DNA of 64,000 nt from Lingula anatina (lineage: Eukaryota; Animalia; Brachiopoda): the NCBI GenBank assembly GCA_051362555.1, contig CM120646.1:11842001-11906000 (forward strand), in the 5' to 3' direction. The notes beneath the pieces are model-generated. The model searched no databases. It was not told the origin of the DNA and saw only the letters and a list, made by a program, of their open reading frames with translations. Positions 26,540-40,538 of the stretch are shown here, one piece after another. Numbering within the stretch: the stretch's first letter is position 1; the number at the start of each line of letters is the position of its first letter. Both the position numbers and the translations under genes were made by a program.

Positions 26540-29500
26540 ACACGCCTCACCCATCGTCTCCCGTCACCCAATCTAAGTAGGAATAAATAAGAATAAGTAG
26601 GAGTTAATAACAAGTGCGTAGGCAGGGAGAATTACATGGATTGGGATACAGAAAGTTAATTGCATCTGACCTGGTGGTAAATAGTCCCCCCCCCCATCAA
26701 TTTAATCCCTACATATGTTTAAAAAAACAACAGCAAAAACAATTGCCCTTATGGTTGGGTTTTGGTCCGCTTCGGGGCATGAATAAAGTAGGTAAGGCAT
26801 AAACAATCACGTTTGAAGCATGACTTGATAGACTGCATTCAGATTCAGACATCGTACCAGCTAGGTCGGTCCAATTCTGCGGGGAATCTTGCTAAAGTGT
26901 AATCAGTTGGATCAGCTTAATTGTCTGACAGGGCTCCTCGAGCTGCTAGGGGGCAATTAACTTCCGCGTGCGCTTGACTTAATAATCCCCTAGCTGCATT
27001 AAGAGAGAATCCCCCGCAGAGTTGGGTCGACACAGCTGGTGCACTGTTTAAATCTGAATGCGCCCTTATATTCAGAGAGGTAGAATGATAGTTGCAGATA
27101 TGTCAGTTCAGACATGAACAACTTCAGACTGGAAATCGGCCCAACTGGCATCATTAGACGACCAGGTTGTAGGGCCTATAGAGGTGCAATTCTGCCTCAA
27201 ATCCTTCATTAATGAGCTTACAGTCATAATCCGAATTCCGGTCCAAGGTAGGGCTTGTCGAAACAGTACTCAGAAAAAATAAGAACGAAGCTAGGTCTGT
27301 GATATTTGTTAAATACGAAACTGACAAAAATAAATACATTTCCTGTCGCACTTAAAATAGATTAATTGAGAGGCTGTTACGAGCAAGGCACAGAGGTGGA
27401 AGGGATCCGGCCTTCCAGACAATGAGGACCGTATAATGTAACTGTTTTTCATGTTTTCAAATGGCTTGTAAAATCTCATATATTTCGTCACTTATTTTAC
27501 CGGTTCGAAAAAAAATTCATTTTTTCAAAGTCAGTCTTTCTACATGTACCATTGCTTTTCAATTTTATATTTCGGAGCTTGCTTTAAAACACTAGAAAGA
27601 ATTTTGTATTTTGTCATGTTTTACGATTATTTACTAGTGTAATGTTACTAAGATCATATCTATCACAGCTATCATGTCGGGCTTCGTAAGTCATGTTCTC
27701 TTCGGTTTCAACTATTAACAACGGTTAAGTTAATGGAGCGCCTTTAACTTCACTGCGCGGACTCCTGGGCGATAGGCCAAGGGCGCGTGGGTAAGGAGAA
27801 TGAGGAATGGGCCGGGGTTCGAACGAAACGCCCTTTTGGTCCAAAAAGCTCTTCGCAGTCCGCCGATCAAGATTTTCATTTAGGATCTATACTCTTTCTC
27901 AATTTGGGTCTACCAAGGAGCGTATCCAGTTATATTTTTTGACAGTCTTCCAAATTAGCTTTGTTGATCCAGCGTCCATATTTTACCGTCCTCCGACAGA
28001 AAAAAAAAATAGATGCCCGACAATATAAACTTGAAAATTTTTGATTGTCTTCTGGAAGACTCAGAAGACGGTCTCCGGCTTTGAAGTAAAGGGGAAGTCA
28101 TACTTTGCCAGAAAATGACCCCTAGTGAAGTTGCTGGCTGCAAGCCTGTTTAAGGTAGGTGGTTTGATAAATAAATGAGAGGGGGGCAGTGCTACAGAAG
28201 GATGTTATGAAGGGAGGGGAAGGCGGCCAAGCCAATGCTCTGCGGAGTTAAACTTAGAACGTCGGAAGCGACGGCAGGACGACCGATTAAGTCTTGTATT
28301 GCGTGACTCATATATCATTTGGCGCTCACCGCTCGTCTGACCCGAGAATGATTTGTGTGTAATGATTCATAACCACAGTTGATGTACTTAAAGCACGCGT
28401 GCTTCTATTTGATATATAAAATTTTTAACCGCTAAGTATTACAGTTTTGGCAAGGGTGCGGAACCGTGCTTATATATTTATTTATTTATCATTCGCTTGA
28501 GACCTGCTCCCCCGTGCTTAAAAGACTAGACTTGGGGCAGCATATTTTACAAGCAAGTTTGCTATTGTTTAAAGGGGTCATAGACGAGATTTTGGCATCT
28601 TTTCTCATTAGTCGGATTCTTCCCACACATTCGCTAGTCAAGCGAGTTTAGTGCTTTGAAAATCACTCTTTTGATTACACAGACTATGCTTTAGATCTTT
28701 TGATTTAAAACAATTACCGCAATAATGGGAAATTGCTGAAATTTCTAGTAAATCTCCTTATATAATTAGTCATATAGAAAGAAAGAAAAAGGTGAGAATA
28801 ATGTATTGTTACTAAAAACAAAATGAAGCAGAGATTTAGAAAAATAAAGAGAGAGATTTCAGATATCTAGCTTACCACTTTCATAACTATACAGGATAAA
28901 AACAAGGTTATTTGAAAGCATGCTTCAACTTAATGATGCAGACAGAGTTTAATTGCTTTCTCTTTGTAGAACTGAACGGGATTTGGCCTATGAACCTCGG
29001 TGCAGCTGCAAGCACACCTCTAACGCGAGGTGCATTGCTTTCCTGGGTCTGTTGCAAGCTTCTCTAACTGGAGATAAGACTGGCTTCCCATACCTAGATC
29101 GATCTAACAAGACCGATCCATCTCCGAGAGGTTTCTCGCTAAATTGCTTGGGTGTCTGGCACGCCTATTGAAGCTGGTAAACTATATAATTAATTACCCC
29201 CCCCCCCCCTCCGAAGCTTCAGTACGCGTGACAGACGTCTAAGCCATTTTAGTTGCTTGCAATTTAGCGAGAATCCCCTCGCAGATAGATCGATCCACAG
29301 TTAGCACGATAGAATCTGAGAATGGATTCTGAAGCTCCGGTTTTGGTTCAACCACAAAATAAACAGATGTGTAGGATAAAAACAATGATTCGTGGCTTAA
29401 TTCCGCAGTAGCCGTAGTAACCTAGCGCTGGGCGCGATCCAGAGTTTGGCTGCACTGAGATATGTGTTGGCGTTACATTTATCAAATCCTGTTTTTTACG

Positions 29501-31622
29501 GTAATGGCATTCTAAGGTCAGATTCCTCAGGTAAGGTGATGTGTGCTGCCACCTTCCTGACAGATGTTTTCTTAGATTCATGCCGCGTTTACACATTCCT
29601 GTTTGGAGTGATTCTATTCCGCTCCTAGTTTGCTTTCGTTAAACGCACTCTGATGAGATTTTGATGTTTCTGATGTAATGTAAGTGCGCTCTGCCGTTAA
29701 CGATTGTTGTGTTCACACGTTCTTACAGGAAACGGTGATATCCCACTCTCCGTTCGTTCCCGTTTAAAGGTAGTAACGCACTACAGGTGCATTGCAATCG
29801 GTGTAACTATGTCTTATCAATAATTCCTGGATCTTGGTACAGCACAGCAGGAGTGGTCTGAATGGCCCCATTCAGAATAGGGGACTAACTAGTCTGAGGG
29901 TCAAATATGGCCGTCATAATTTAATACTTCCTCACAGGATAGGCATATCTATTCAGTATTTATTAGCGAATTAGACTGCAAGCTTTGTAGTGGGTCGCCA
30001 TATTTGACACTCGGACTAGTTAGTCCACTATTCTGAATGGGCCCAGATGGTATTTCGTTGGCTCTAACGACTTCTCGTAATGATATCAGCGCTCTCGATC
30101 TCTTTTTAACACACAGGTTGAGCAAACAGTAATTGTTTGCTTAATTTTTATATAAACTGACATACTGGGAAACTATCTGTTCACCCGATTTCCAGGGATA
30201 AGACCATGATAATGGTATGTTCTGTATTTGCATCGGTGCGTCTGATTCATATAGAAGACGTGTTAACTGATTAGTTCAGTCTGCCCTACCCAGTTCAATA
30301 GAAGAATATGATAGCCATATAATTTATCTTTACTAACCAGAGCCAGTAAATGTAATGTTCTCTTATTCCTTTGTCAATCCAAAACGCTGAGCGACAGCGA
30401 CTAACTTCAGGAAACAAAGTGGTAACATTAGCTGCCTGTTGTCAGTTTGCTTTAAGTTGTTGAACTAAGTAGACGACTTACAGACTTCAGTTGGACCGAA
30501 AGATTTTATGCCAGATTAGCCCGCAATGCAGAGCCTTTTAGCTTTTGCCCCTGAAGTTTCTTCCTGGTCGAGCTATTGAATTACTTTGAGATTTAAAAAT
30601 AAATGAAATAGATTTATTAACAGATAGAGAAACAGCCAGACAGATACAATTGCATATTTATTTTAATTTCGTCTCTGCCCATTGTAGGTGAATCAATAAA
30701 ATGCGCGTCCTGTATCTTCTTGAAGGTACGCTACGAGGGATTCCCAGAAATTGACGGCGTGGATCTTAGCAGCATGCTTCCAGTGATAGGTATACGTTTT
30801 TATTACACCACAGAAGGTGCTGTTACATCTAACACATTCCACTATCCCGTCACACCTAACACATTTGCCTTACACATCAACCATGCTGCAAATTTCACAT
30901 CTGTAACAATCACTGTCAAAGCGTACTCCGTCCTCGTGATTCTTCATAGCTACACATTACTTTGTGAGGATTAAAGCAATGTGCTCATTTTTCATCCATG
31001 TTAATCTTGGATCAAAATGTCATCACAGTATTTGAATACAATCAATTTTCAACTACTGCAGCTTTCTGCGAACATCTACATTTTGATCCCTTTCACTTTT
31101 ATATATTTAATTTTGTACCCATTGTACGATTGAAATACTGTAATACTATATTGTTTTAATACAACACATACAGGGACACTATATTTATTAATCAAAACTT
31201 TCAGGAGGAAACGACACATCTTGTTACCAAGGCACGGCAACACACGTCAGAGAATGTGAACCGGATCATTGTGGTGCCGTGGACTTCGAGCTGAGAGCTG
31301 AGACTACATTCCCTGGGATGGTGAGAAAATTATCATGTTTATGATTTTATATATGATGATATATAATAATGATATATAAGAATGTTTATCCGTGACAGAA
31401 ATTAACGGTTATCATTAAAACTGCTCTTCCAAGGCAAGGCTTTACCATTCAAACTAAACGCAGAGGAAAAAGACTATAAAAGGAAACGTAATTTGATAGT
31501 CCTGAGTTCGGCATGTAATAAAACGTGTAACACTTGTAATTTTACCAGTCTATGGCACAACTATAAGTCCCAGGAATTTTATGACAAAATGTACCATATC
31601 AGACTTCAAAATAATAATAATG

Positions 31623-31672
<50 letters not shown>

Positions 31673-32633
31673 GAGGAAGAAGAAAAAGAATAAAAACATA
31701 GTTTACGATGATGAAAATGATGATGACAAGAACAGAATAATCCTAATGGGATATATTACGGTATTATATGTTACATGTACCAGCTTTAGTAAGGTGTGGT
31801 ATGTGTCTGTGTAAAACTGTGGTGTCACAGCTCACAGTAGAGACAATATGCTGCATTTTAAGAAATACGACATAACAACAATTGATCTACACATGTACAG
31901 CGGTGAGCATATACAGTAAGTTGAAGCCGTGTCGTTTAGCAAGAAGTAAGTGATCTGTTTGTTGTAAAAGAGTGAAACCACGTGACCTGTTATGCAGATG
32001 CGGATGTTTATTTATTTATTTATTTATTTATTATTTTTTTTTTTTGCATTGCATTGCGTTACAGGCCACGTGGTTTTCTTATTATTACGTCATATCCGGA
32101 AAGGTCTATATTTATTTGTTTTTCAGAATGACACAATAACAGCCATCATGACGTATGTACAACGGGGCTGTGACAATGGTGTTACTGGCTGTGAATCACA
32201 GTTGACTCCAGACACGGCCATTTACCAAGGAGTAGGGCAATCACCTACCATTAGTGAACTATTCTTCAGCAATGTCCAGATGTTCGGTTCGGTGAGGTTA
32301 CAACCCGATGTTATGGGGAAGAAATGCGCATGCGCTAGTCACGAATTCTGTAACAATGTTCCGGCTACGGTGCCTCTCGACGCTTCCCAAGATGCAACTA
32401 GTCCACCCGTTGAGTCAAGTAGTTCACAAGATGACGTCATGATTGTTCAGGGTGACGTCAGCATTGCTGTTGATGACTTCAGTTCCCCTGAGCAGGATCA
32501 CACTATGACTCCGGCTATGAGTTCGACAGATTCGACGAGTGATGGCAAAAGCGCACAAGACTCTTTGCGGTGTTCAGCACTGACAACAGTTATGATGTTT
32601 TTCTTCAAGTTGTACTTATATTATTTGTTATAA
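23860..32633 (+). CDS. Ly6/uPAR (three-finger)-like protein with Ser/Thr stalk and probable GPI signal, 259 aa
   Basis: Exons 23860-23914, 30688-30789, 31205-31320, 32127-32633 (phases 1,1,0; 780 nt). Signal peptide MDVNCVWTVVGVILLAQAGES, then IKCASC, RECEPDHCG, VQRGC, GC and CACASHEFCN, a low-complexity stalk and a hydrophobic C-terminus. Assignment of exon 1 across a 6.8 kb intron is inferred. Confidence 0.78.
26835..27061. mobile_element. MITE with ~55-bp imperfect TIRs, intronic
   Basis: gcattcagattcagacatcgtaccagct...ctgcggggaatc versus gaatcccccgcag...agctggtgcactgtttaaatctgaatgc. A related end fragment lies at ~29265-29325. Confidence 0.75.
27920..28080 (-). mobile_element. Degenerate inverted copy of the 22628-22795 element
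   Basis: Reverse complement aligns by eye (gagaccgtcttctg.gtcttcc.gaagac ... ctggat.cgc). Confidence 0.7.
29863..30045. mobile_element. MITE with ~50-bp TIRs, intronic
   Basis: tggccccattcagaataggggactaactagtctgagggtcaaatatggc ... gccatatttgacactcggactagttagtccactattctgaatgggccca. Confidence 0.85.
31612..31670. repeat. (AAT)n microsatellite
   Basis: Seen directly. Similar (AAT/TTA)n tracts occur at ~37006, ~52909, ~59124 and ~60480. Confidence 0.95.
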
Positions 32634-32980
32634 GGGGGACTATAACAGATCAATGATTTTGTATTTGTGCTTATATTTGATACTGTAGATACTGTATGTA
32701 TTGCACAAATAGAAAAATGAAAAATTACTGGAATCAAACCAGGATTTGACTAGATCGAGTAAGAATGTTACTTTGAGAGCCTTTGCCAAAATGAGTTATA
32801 TTTGCAATTTCATATTCAGTAAATGATAAGTTGTAGCTTAAAATTAATTAGGTGTGGCTTAATGTTCAGGTTATTTTTAGAATAATCTTTTTAAAATATA
32901 TATAAAGCTAGGGGACACTTGCATACAGTTTTTACTGGCTGTATAATACCCTGTCCCCTTCTTCACAACGATATATACAG

Positions 32981-34548
32981 CCTATATGTATTTATAGATA
33001 AATGTCTGGTGCCGGTTAATTGTGTAGGAAACCTACATATAAATGAGAAAACTACTTGTAAATGAAATAATCGTTTGTTTTCTTCGACCAGTTGAGTTCA
33101 CTACCTCTATTTCAGCCTAGATTCGAGTGCATTTTATTGAAAATAGTAATTACATGTACGATTAGGATACCGTCAGCTGTCACGTTATTTTTCAATATTA
33201 ACTCAGTTAAAACTCAATAACTGTACGTTATGAACATTTACTATTTCAAATTATTGCTCAATTTAATGAGAGCTGATGGCAGTGAACTTTCGTAATTAAG
33301 ATTTGATATTATATTACTGGCAGTGAAATCAAAATTGGAAATAGCCCATTAAATCAACTAGACGCTGTCTGGCGGATTTGAATGTTATGGTGGTTGTAAT
33401 CATTATTAAATGCTATAGGTAGTGTTAACTGGTTTAGAGAGTCACTAGAACTGTAACAGCATCAAGTCGTCATGGATTTAGCAAAGGGAGCAATTTTGAT
33501 GTTGTTATCTTTGTGGATTGAATTAATAAAAATAACTTTGATATCAAAAGACCTATCAAAATTATCAATTAGCATCTTTTGTGTGTGTTTTCTGAAATAT
33601 TTCTGACAACGTCGACTAGTTCATGTTACACTTTATTTATATCAAGGCATTTTAAAACCTTAAATCAGTGAAGGATTTACATGTATGTCAAACATCACAA
33701 GAATTAGTTTCTAGTTACTTCAGGTGAAATTTGGAGAACAAATTGTGGATGCAAATTATTAAGCTAAGGCTCCGCATCCTCATAAAGATTAATACGACCT
33801 GTACATTTATGTATAAATGTCTGGTGTCGGTTACTTGTAAATGAGATAATTGTTTGATTTTCTCTACCAGTTACTATGTGAGTGCCTTGAATGTCAGGGC
33901 ACTATAAAGCTAGTTTGCTCACTATACCTTTTCATGTGGTAGCTTTACAGTATTGCTGATATGGGTTATATATGAAATCAAGATCGAGCTGGCAATACTG
34001 AAATCTAGAACCTGTGAGTTGATTACTTCTGTTTCAGCCTAGATTTGAGTGCATTTTATTGAAAATGTCAATTAAGATTTAGATCCCGTCAAGTGCCAAA
34101 GTATATTTAAATACTTTTAATTTTGTATATGTGAGCTGATGGCAGTGAACTCTCATAATTAAGGTATAGTACCTAAATTGGCAATGAAATAAAATTTGGA
34201 AATAGCCCATTAAATCAACTAGACCCTGTCTGGCAGATTTGGTTTTAATGGTGGTTTTTATCTTTATTAAATGCAATAATGATAATTGGTTTAATGAGTC
34301 ACAAGAACTATCACAGCATCAAGTTGTCATGGATTTAGCAAAGGGAGTAATTTTGATGTTATTTGACCCTTTCGGATCAAATAACTTTGATACCAATGGG
34401 ACTATCAAAATTAACAAAAAAGTATTTTTACTTCGACTTATTCATGTTACACTTTTTGTATCAAAGCATTTTAAAACCTTAAATCAGTAAATGATATATA
34501 TGTATATCAAATATTACAAGAATAGCTCTGTAGATATTTCAAGTGAAA
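32981..34548. repeat. Two-copy tandem duplication (~750-bp units) between the convergent Ly6-like and LDLa genes
   Basis: 32981-33730 versus 33798-34548. Shared blocks include ataaatgtctggtg, tttcagcctagatt.gagtgcattttattgaaaat, tggaaatagcccattaaatcaactagac and gcattttaaaaccttaaatcagt. Confidence 0.85.
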
Positions 34549-34849
34549 GTTCTGCTTTTTTTCGTTTTTGCTTCTGTTCATATTATAACCGCTTCATCTT
34601 CTGGAAGTTTGATAGCATGTTGTCATCAAATTTATAAATGCTGTAGAACGATAATAAACGGATTACTTGGTGGATGAAAAAAGGAAATACAAAACATGTA
34701 CACAAAGACTAGAACCGTTACTTGTTTATTTTCATAAAATAGATTATTCAGACGTGGCAGAAATAACTCTGCGTTTTTAACTTCCAAATGGCAATTGGTG
34801 AGTTAAAAAGTAGGCCTATTTTGACAACGTCTAAAAGGTCAGTAACTAG

Positions 34850-37005
34850 TTAACAGCCCATCTCATCAGAGTTATCTGGGCAGTTGGCATAACCATTACA
34901 CTTCTGACGGGAGCTATAGCAAATACCCGGACTACAGGCCGTGGATCCCTGGGGACAGGTTCCATCCGCGCACTGCACGTTCATTGCCTTGCACACCATC
35001 TCGTCAGCACAGTGGTGTAGCCCCTTGCTGCACTCCTCTGGTGCGCAGTTCCTCTCGTCAGCGCCGTCGGCACAGTCGCGGTGGCCGTCACATCTCAGCT
35101 TGCTGACGTAGCAGGAGTTGTCTCCGCCGCCGCAGGGTTTGTCTTCCAGGCGACAAGAACCGTCTGGGCATTTCTTGTAGATAGGGACGCAGACCCCCGG
35201 ATTATCACACCAGCGGTACAAGGTTAAAAGCCCCAGGTCTTTAACGTCACTATACTCCAGGCGATGGTTAAAATGCTTTCGCATTATGTATATCTCAGCA
35301 TTGTTAATTTTCAGACGCTTGCATGACTTCGGCGAGCAATTTGGGTCGACACTTCCGTCATCGCAGACCGCTTTTTCCGTACAGCGCACATCTTTACGGT
35401 GAAGGTAATTCAGTGCGCAGGGCCCATTGGGACACATCGCCCCTGAAGCATGGCAAACGCCGTTGCACGCCTCGGTCCATGGCAGGCAAGACTTGGTGTC
35501 AGCACAGTATGGGGCGTGGCTCTGGCAGTCTTCCGGAAGGCAGTCTTTCTCGTCTACGCCCTCGCCAGGGCAATCCTGGTTGCCGTCACATCTGGCCGCG
35601 TTCATAATGCAGACGTCAGAGTCGTCGCCGCAGGACGTGTAGCCTGTTTGACAAGCCCCAGCACATTTCTCATTGGGATAAATGCAGGTTTTGGCAGAGG
35701 CACAAAACCAGGTTCCCTTTTTGCACTCCTCTGCTGTGCAGTTCGCCTCGTCTTCTCCGTTTGAACAAATGCGGCGACCATCGCAGCGTAGGTTGAAATC
35801 GGGGCACTCCTTTGTTCCCACGGTGGTGACGCATGGAATATGCCCAACTGGGCAAGTTCCATCGGAGCACTGCATATATTTGCCGATGCATTTCGAATCG
35901 GATTGGCAAAAACGGGTGCTGGATTTGCAGTCTTCTGGATTGCAACCTTTTTCATCCTCTCCTTCATCACACAGTTCAACACCGTCGCATCTGAAATTGA
36001 AAATGCACGTACAGTTGTGTCAAACGGAGGTAGTGTTCCCCGAGACAAAGCAGGACCACTAACATTTACTACTACTTTGTTCTACTACCACTACTACTAC
36101 GTTAAAGAAGAAGATGGTGATGATGATAAAAAAAGCAAACGGGGAAAGAATTTTTGTTACAATTCTTGACCATTATGTGGTTTTCAATCTATTTTGGGAA
36201 ACAAGGATTAATGCATTTACTTCTTAAATGAGCAAAGTCATTTTCGTTTGTTCAAAACAATGCGCGGACATCCGCGGGCTACGCATACATCTCGTCGAAA
36301 TTATATATGGGCCGCCACCTTCACTCCATTACAATACAAGCTCTGTCTACGCCTGGACTTACTTATACCGCTCTTCATAACACGTTTCGTGGCCGCCCGC
36401 CCAATTACACTTGTGCCCGCCAGGGGGACACTTCCCGTAGCACGGCTCAATGAACAAGTTGCACGTCTTGTCCTTCTTACAGTACGTCCCAACGGCAGGT
36501 CCCGGGGTCCCGATCATCATCACCCTACACTCCTCTGGTCGACAGTTTTCTTCGTCCGAGAAGTCGAACCCGTCACAGTCGTAATTTCCGTTGCACCTGC
36601 CGTGCCACAAGATGCATTTGCCATTGGACGTGCAGTTGAAGCCGTGGGCGAACTGTTCGGGTGTTTTGCACTCTGAAAATAAATACATGTATCACAGGGA
36701 AAGGGTGGATAGTCAATGACCAATACTTTGATATTAAGCGGAGGTGTAGGAATTAAAATGTTACAGTGCTCGTCACATTCTGAGAAGTAGGGGTGTATGC
36801 AGTGGAAACGTTTTTTAAAGTTCTCTGTCCAACAGTATTAAAGCATGTTTTTCGGTCATATTGGTTGCTGATGCAAAGTTCTTTAAACGGACAGGTGGAA
36901 GACGAAATAAAAACTAATAAAAAGGAAATTGGAATAAAATTTTACAATGCTAAACACGATTTTTCGAAATCACAGCATCGATCGTATAGTATTAAAAAGT
37001 CCAAA

Positions 37006-37050
<45 letters not shown>

Positions 37051-37306
37051 TAGCCCAAAGAAAGTGTCAAAACGTGGAGATCCCATTTTTACAAGTCTGG
37101 AACAAAACTAAATGTTACCAGGATTATATCAGAGAGAACGTTGAATAGCGATAGAATAACCAGGTCTTTCCCACCTCAAACTAGTCCCTCATACCCTAAA
37201 TGGCGTCTTACAAACCTGGCACTTTCGCCGTCACTTCAGTTGGAATGGCAGATAAGGCAACTGCTGCAACAAAGACACAAAGCATGGACCGACCAGATAA
37301 AACCAT
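34850..37306 (-). CDS. Secreted LDL-receptor class A repeat protein (~7 LDLa modules, no TM), 513 aa
   Basis: Exons 37306-37216, 36672-36363, 35990-34850 (phases 1,2; 1542 nt). Signal peptide MVLSGRSMLCVFVAAVALSAIP. LDLa signatures include CNGNYDCDGFDFSDEENC, CDGHRDCADGADERNC and CNGYANCPDNSDEMGC*. Confidence 0.88.
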
Positions 37307-39374
37307 TGTGCTCGAAATCTACTACAACTCAAGGCTGAGGCAGATCATCTACGTACATCTATTTATACTGGTCCAAGGTCGGTAACTAGAGTGACAGGAA
37401 ATTATTTTGATTTAAATCCAATTTACTTTCATCACGAAATAGGATGTCAGTGAAATTGGATAATTAAAATATCGTTAGTTGGTGCTTGTATTACACGCTG
37501 ACATAATGCGTGTGGAACATATGGTAAACGCTTTACCTATCCTTAACTTCACAGTCCGTTTCATGTATGGAATTCGGTGTAATGTAAAGAATATTGTCGT
37601 CTGCGGAGTGAAATGCGTTTGTTGTTCACTTCTAAATTTCGAAATCGCACCGATAGAGAGGGACATCGTCTGTTCAAATGACAATGGCTGCTTCAACCAA
37701 CGTCAGCAAAAGACTTCCAAGTCTTTCCTTTTTTCGTGGAAATTTATGAGTGATAAATATAGGTATAATAGCATGTGATTTTCTTCTACCGTGCATATGA
37801 CACACCCAAGATTTTCAAATACTGTTTTTTTCTCGTTTGCTATTAGGCATTTAGGCGATGTATAGTTCACAATTCAGCGATGATTCTACTTTGTTTTCTT
37901 TATCATAAGCTTTCTTTAACTAGGGGGTACTTTGTTAGCAAATATTTCACATTCACATTTTGATGCAATTTTGATGATAAGTTCACAAACATTATTAAGA
38001 TTATTGTGTAGAGTATTTCAAATAGATACATGTATGTCCAACTTTAAAATAGCACAATAATTGTGCAATTCGAAAGAAATTCACACAGACCCACTTGTAC
38101 TTCAGGAAATAACACTTACACATTACTGTAGAATATTTTGAAAGATTTTTCGGTGTTGCTTTACGTATCTGAACCAGTATATACTGCATGGTTTGGGTAA
38201 ACAAACACATCAATTATTGAAATTTAATTCCAGAAAGTATCTATCGTAGTTCAACGAAATTAACGACATTTAGCACTTCATCATACCGTCCTTTGTTACA
38301 TAAAAGCTTTGATTGGAATAGCTTTGAATTAATACAAACACGTGGCATTCAATTTAAAAAACGACGGCATTAGTGCAGTGGACCATATACAAAAAAATAA
38401 TTCCAATACCTCCATTAATTTTAGTACCTTTTCCATGTTCATCAACACGAAATACATAAATTATTAATATTAATAGAAATTATTCCTTGAACTATTGTGT
38501 AATTATTGATGCAGCTATTGGCAACTATCAAAATCGCTATTGTCAAATAAACACTCTGGCGGAGATCAATAAAAAAAATGAGTCCTTGTGTTTGCTATTT
38601 TGACATCTCTGCAAAACCATGCTATCAGTTTACAATAACGAATATAATTGGAAGCATTGCACTTCTTAAGAAGAGATGTAAATGATTGAAGTGGTTGGCA
38701 ACAAGTGAACGCCAGTGGTACTGAAAACTGCCACAAGAGTACATGTACGTCAGGGAAATCGCCATTTTTCGCCTCCATGACAAAATCGTGTGGGCTGGTG
38801 TCTGAAAACGGATGTTTCAAATTGATAATTTTAAAGAAATTAATAGTAAAGAATCACCTATTCACGAACGATAACAACGTGCCTCTTGCTTTGAAACAGT
38901 ACACAACTTATAATATATAATGTGTTCGATTTAAAACATATGACATACAGTATTTTTATTAAAAAGAAGTTTAATTTATAGGATGTAGCAAAACCTGGAG
39001 TGCTGAAATTTATGCTTGAAGATTGACTTTAAAAAGATACGATTTATTTACCCAGACTTGAATAAATAAGGTTTAACGCTGCAACAGGCGATATAAAGGT
39101 TTCACAGGTTGTATGCCTCACCAACAGAACGTTTAAAATAGCAATACATCAGTTGGAAAATATCATAAAGTATTCATTTCCTTGAATTTCAAAAATCACA
39201 TTATCCATTTCAATACTACATGTATAAGAGTATGGCCCACAGGCATTTTGCATAATTTACAAAAATATCTACCCATGCTATTGAATTTTCTTTTCATTGT
39301 AATTTACAAACAACATTAAGATTGTAGAAAACTTCTGTTTTCTTTTTCTAATTCTATAAAGCATTTTAAATAAA

Positions 39375-40053
39375 TTAGTTCATTTTTGGAACGCCGAACA
39401 CGCTACGTATTTCTCTACATTCTTGTTCGATGGAGTCACGTACATCAATTTGTTTTCGTGATTTAGATGCCTTCGCGTGGCCCTTGTTTTTAATCTCCTG
39501 ATGCGTACATATCCTATAGATTCTACATACAAATGTCGTTTCATGATCTTTCTGGTGTCGCTCCTTTCGGTATATTAACCTAAGGTCAGAAGAATGCTTT
39601 AGTAAAGGAACGTGACACACGTCATCATGACGTTTAGAATTGCAAGCGACAGGAGGGAAACGATCGTCATTATTGAGACTGGGCATTTTCCGCCCCTGCA
39701 TCGGGAGTTCGTGCATGTTCCCTTGAGAGTCGGTATACCAGGATTCATTGCGTGATAACGCCACCAAGCAGGGAAGCACATGTCCACATACTTCGGGGTG
39801 TAGATGACACGTGTCTTCAAATGCAGAAAAAGAATAAAACTGTATTTCTACATTCCCCGGGATTGGTTTCTCTTTCACTGTTCGTCGTAAAAAGAACCCC
39901 GACGACTCACTGTTGGCTAATTGACAATGGACATAGGAAACGCCATGACTCAACATAAAGAACCTGTCTTCATTGTCCTTAATATAATACCTGAGTAAAC
40001 TTCGTTAAAGAAATGTCTTAAATAAATGCAAGATGTGGTTGTGTACCACGTGC

Positions 40054-40137
<84 letters not shown>

Positions 40138-40538
40138 TCAATTTCCAAAAAGTGTCTCTTTCAAACAAAAAAGGATGTACATCAGATCATCAGCTTCCCC
40201 ATCAATGAAATAATTTCTTAGTTTCTCCATGAGACTTTTCCAGTCTTCCTCCATTAAATATTCTTGAATCTGACATGAAAAGTTGTTTATGTTTATGTTT
40301 TAGAGAACTTCCTCCATGTCCTTGGTGGATAGATCGCGTTCCTCCAAGGAGAAGGACCCCTCTGTTTTTAGCAACTAATCTATTTATTAATCTTTGTATT
40401 TTGTTGGGTCAAATCAAAACAACAAACGGCCTCATTAGTCACCTGCAAATTGCCAATCATATCAGTGTCACATACAGCTCAGTCGTCAGGCCCTAACACC
40501 GGGTACAATAATTCATTTGGTTGCGCCTCAGCCATCAT
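39375..40538 (-). pseudogene. Two-exon gene with C-terminal RelE/YafQ-like domain, copy 1 (exon 1 disrupted, exon 2 open)
   Basis: Exon 1 (40538-40181) has TGA at 40481-40479 where copy 2 has CGA, plus indels near 40370-40400. Phase-2 intron 40180-39991 (AT|gt...ag|G) carries a compound microsatellite. Exon 2 (39990-39375) is fully open. The domain call is by motif pattern only. Confidence 0.65.

Noticed and set aside
35323-36676. Overlapping ORFs on both strands across the LDLa gene
   Set aside because: Antisense or off-frame shadows of the Cys-rich CDS.
39950-40221. ORFs with SLSLSL/THTHTH/CVCVCV/RERERE runs (also 44572-44931, 31493-31814, 52835-53123, 59085-59336, 61033-61337, 63152-63364)
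   Set aside because: These are translations of microsatellites lying in introns or intergenic DNA.
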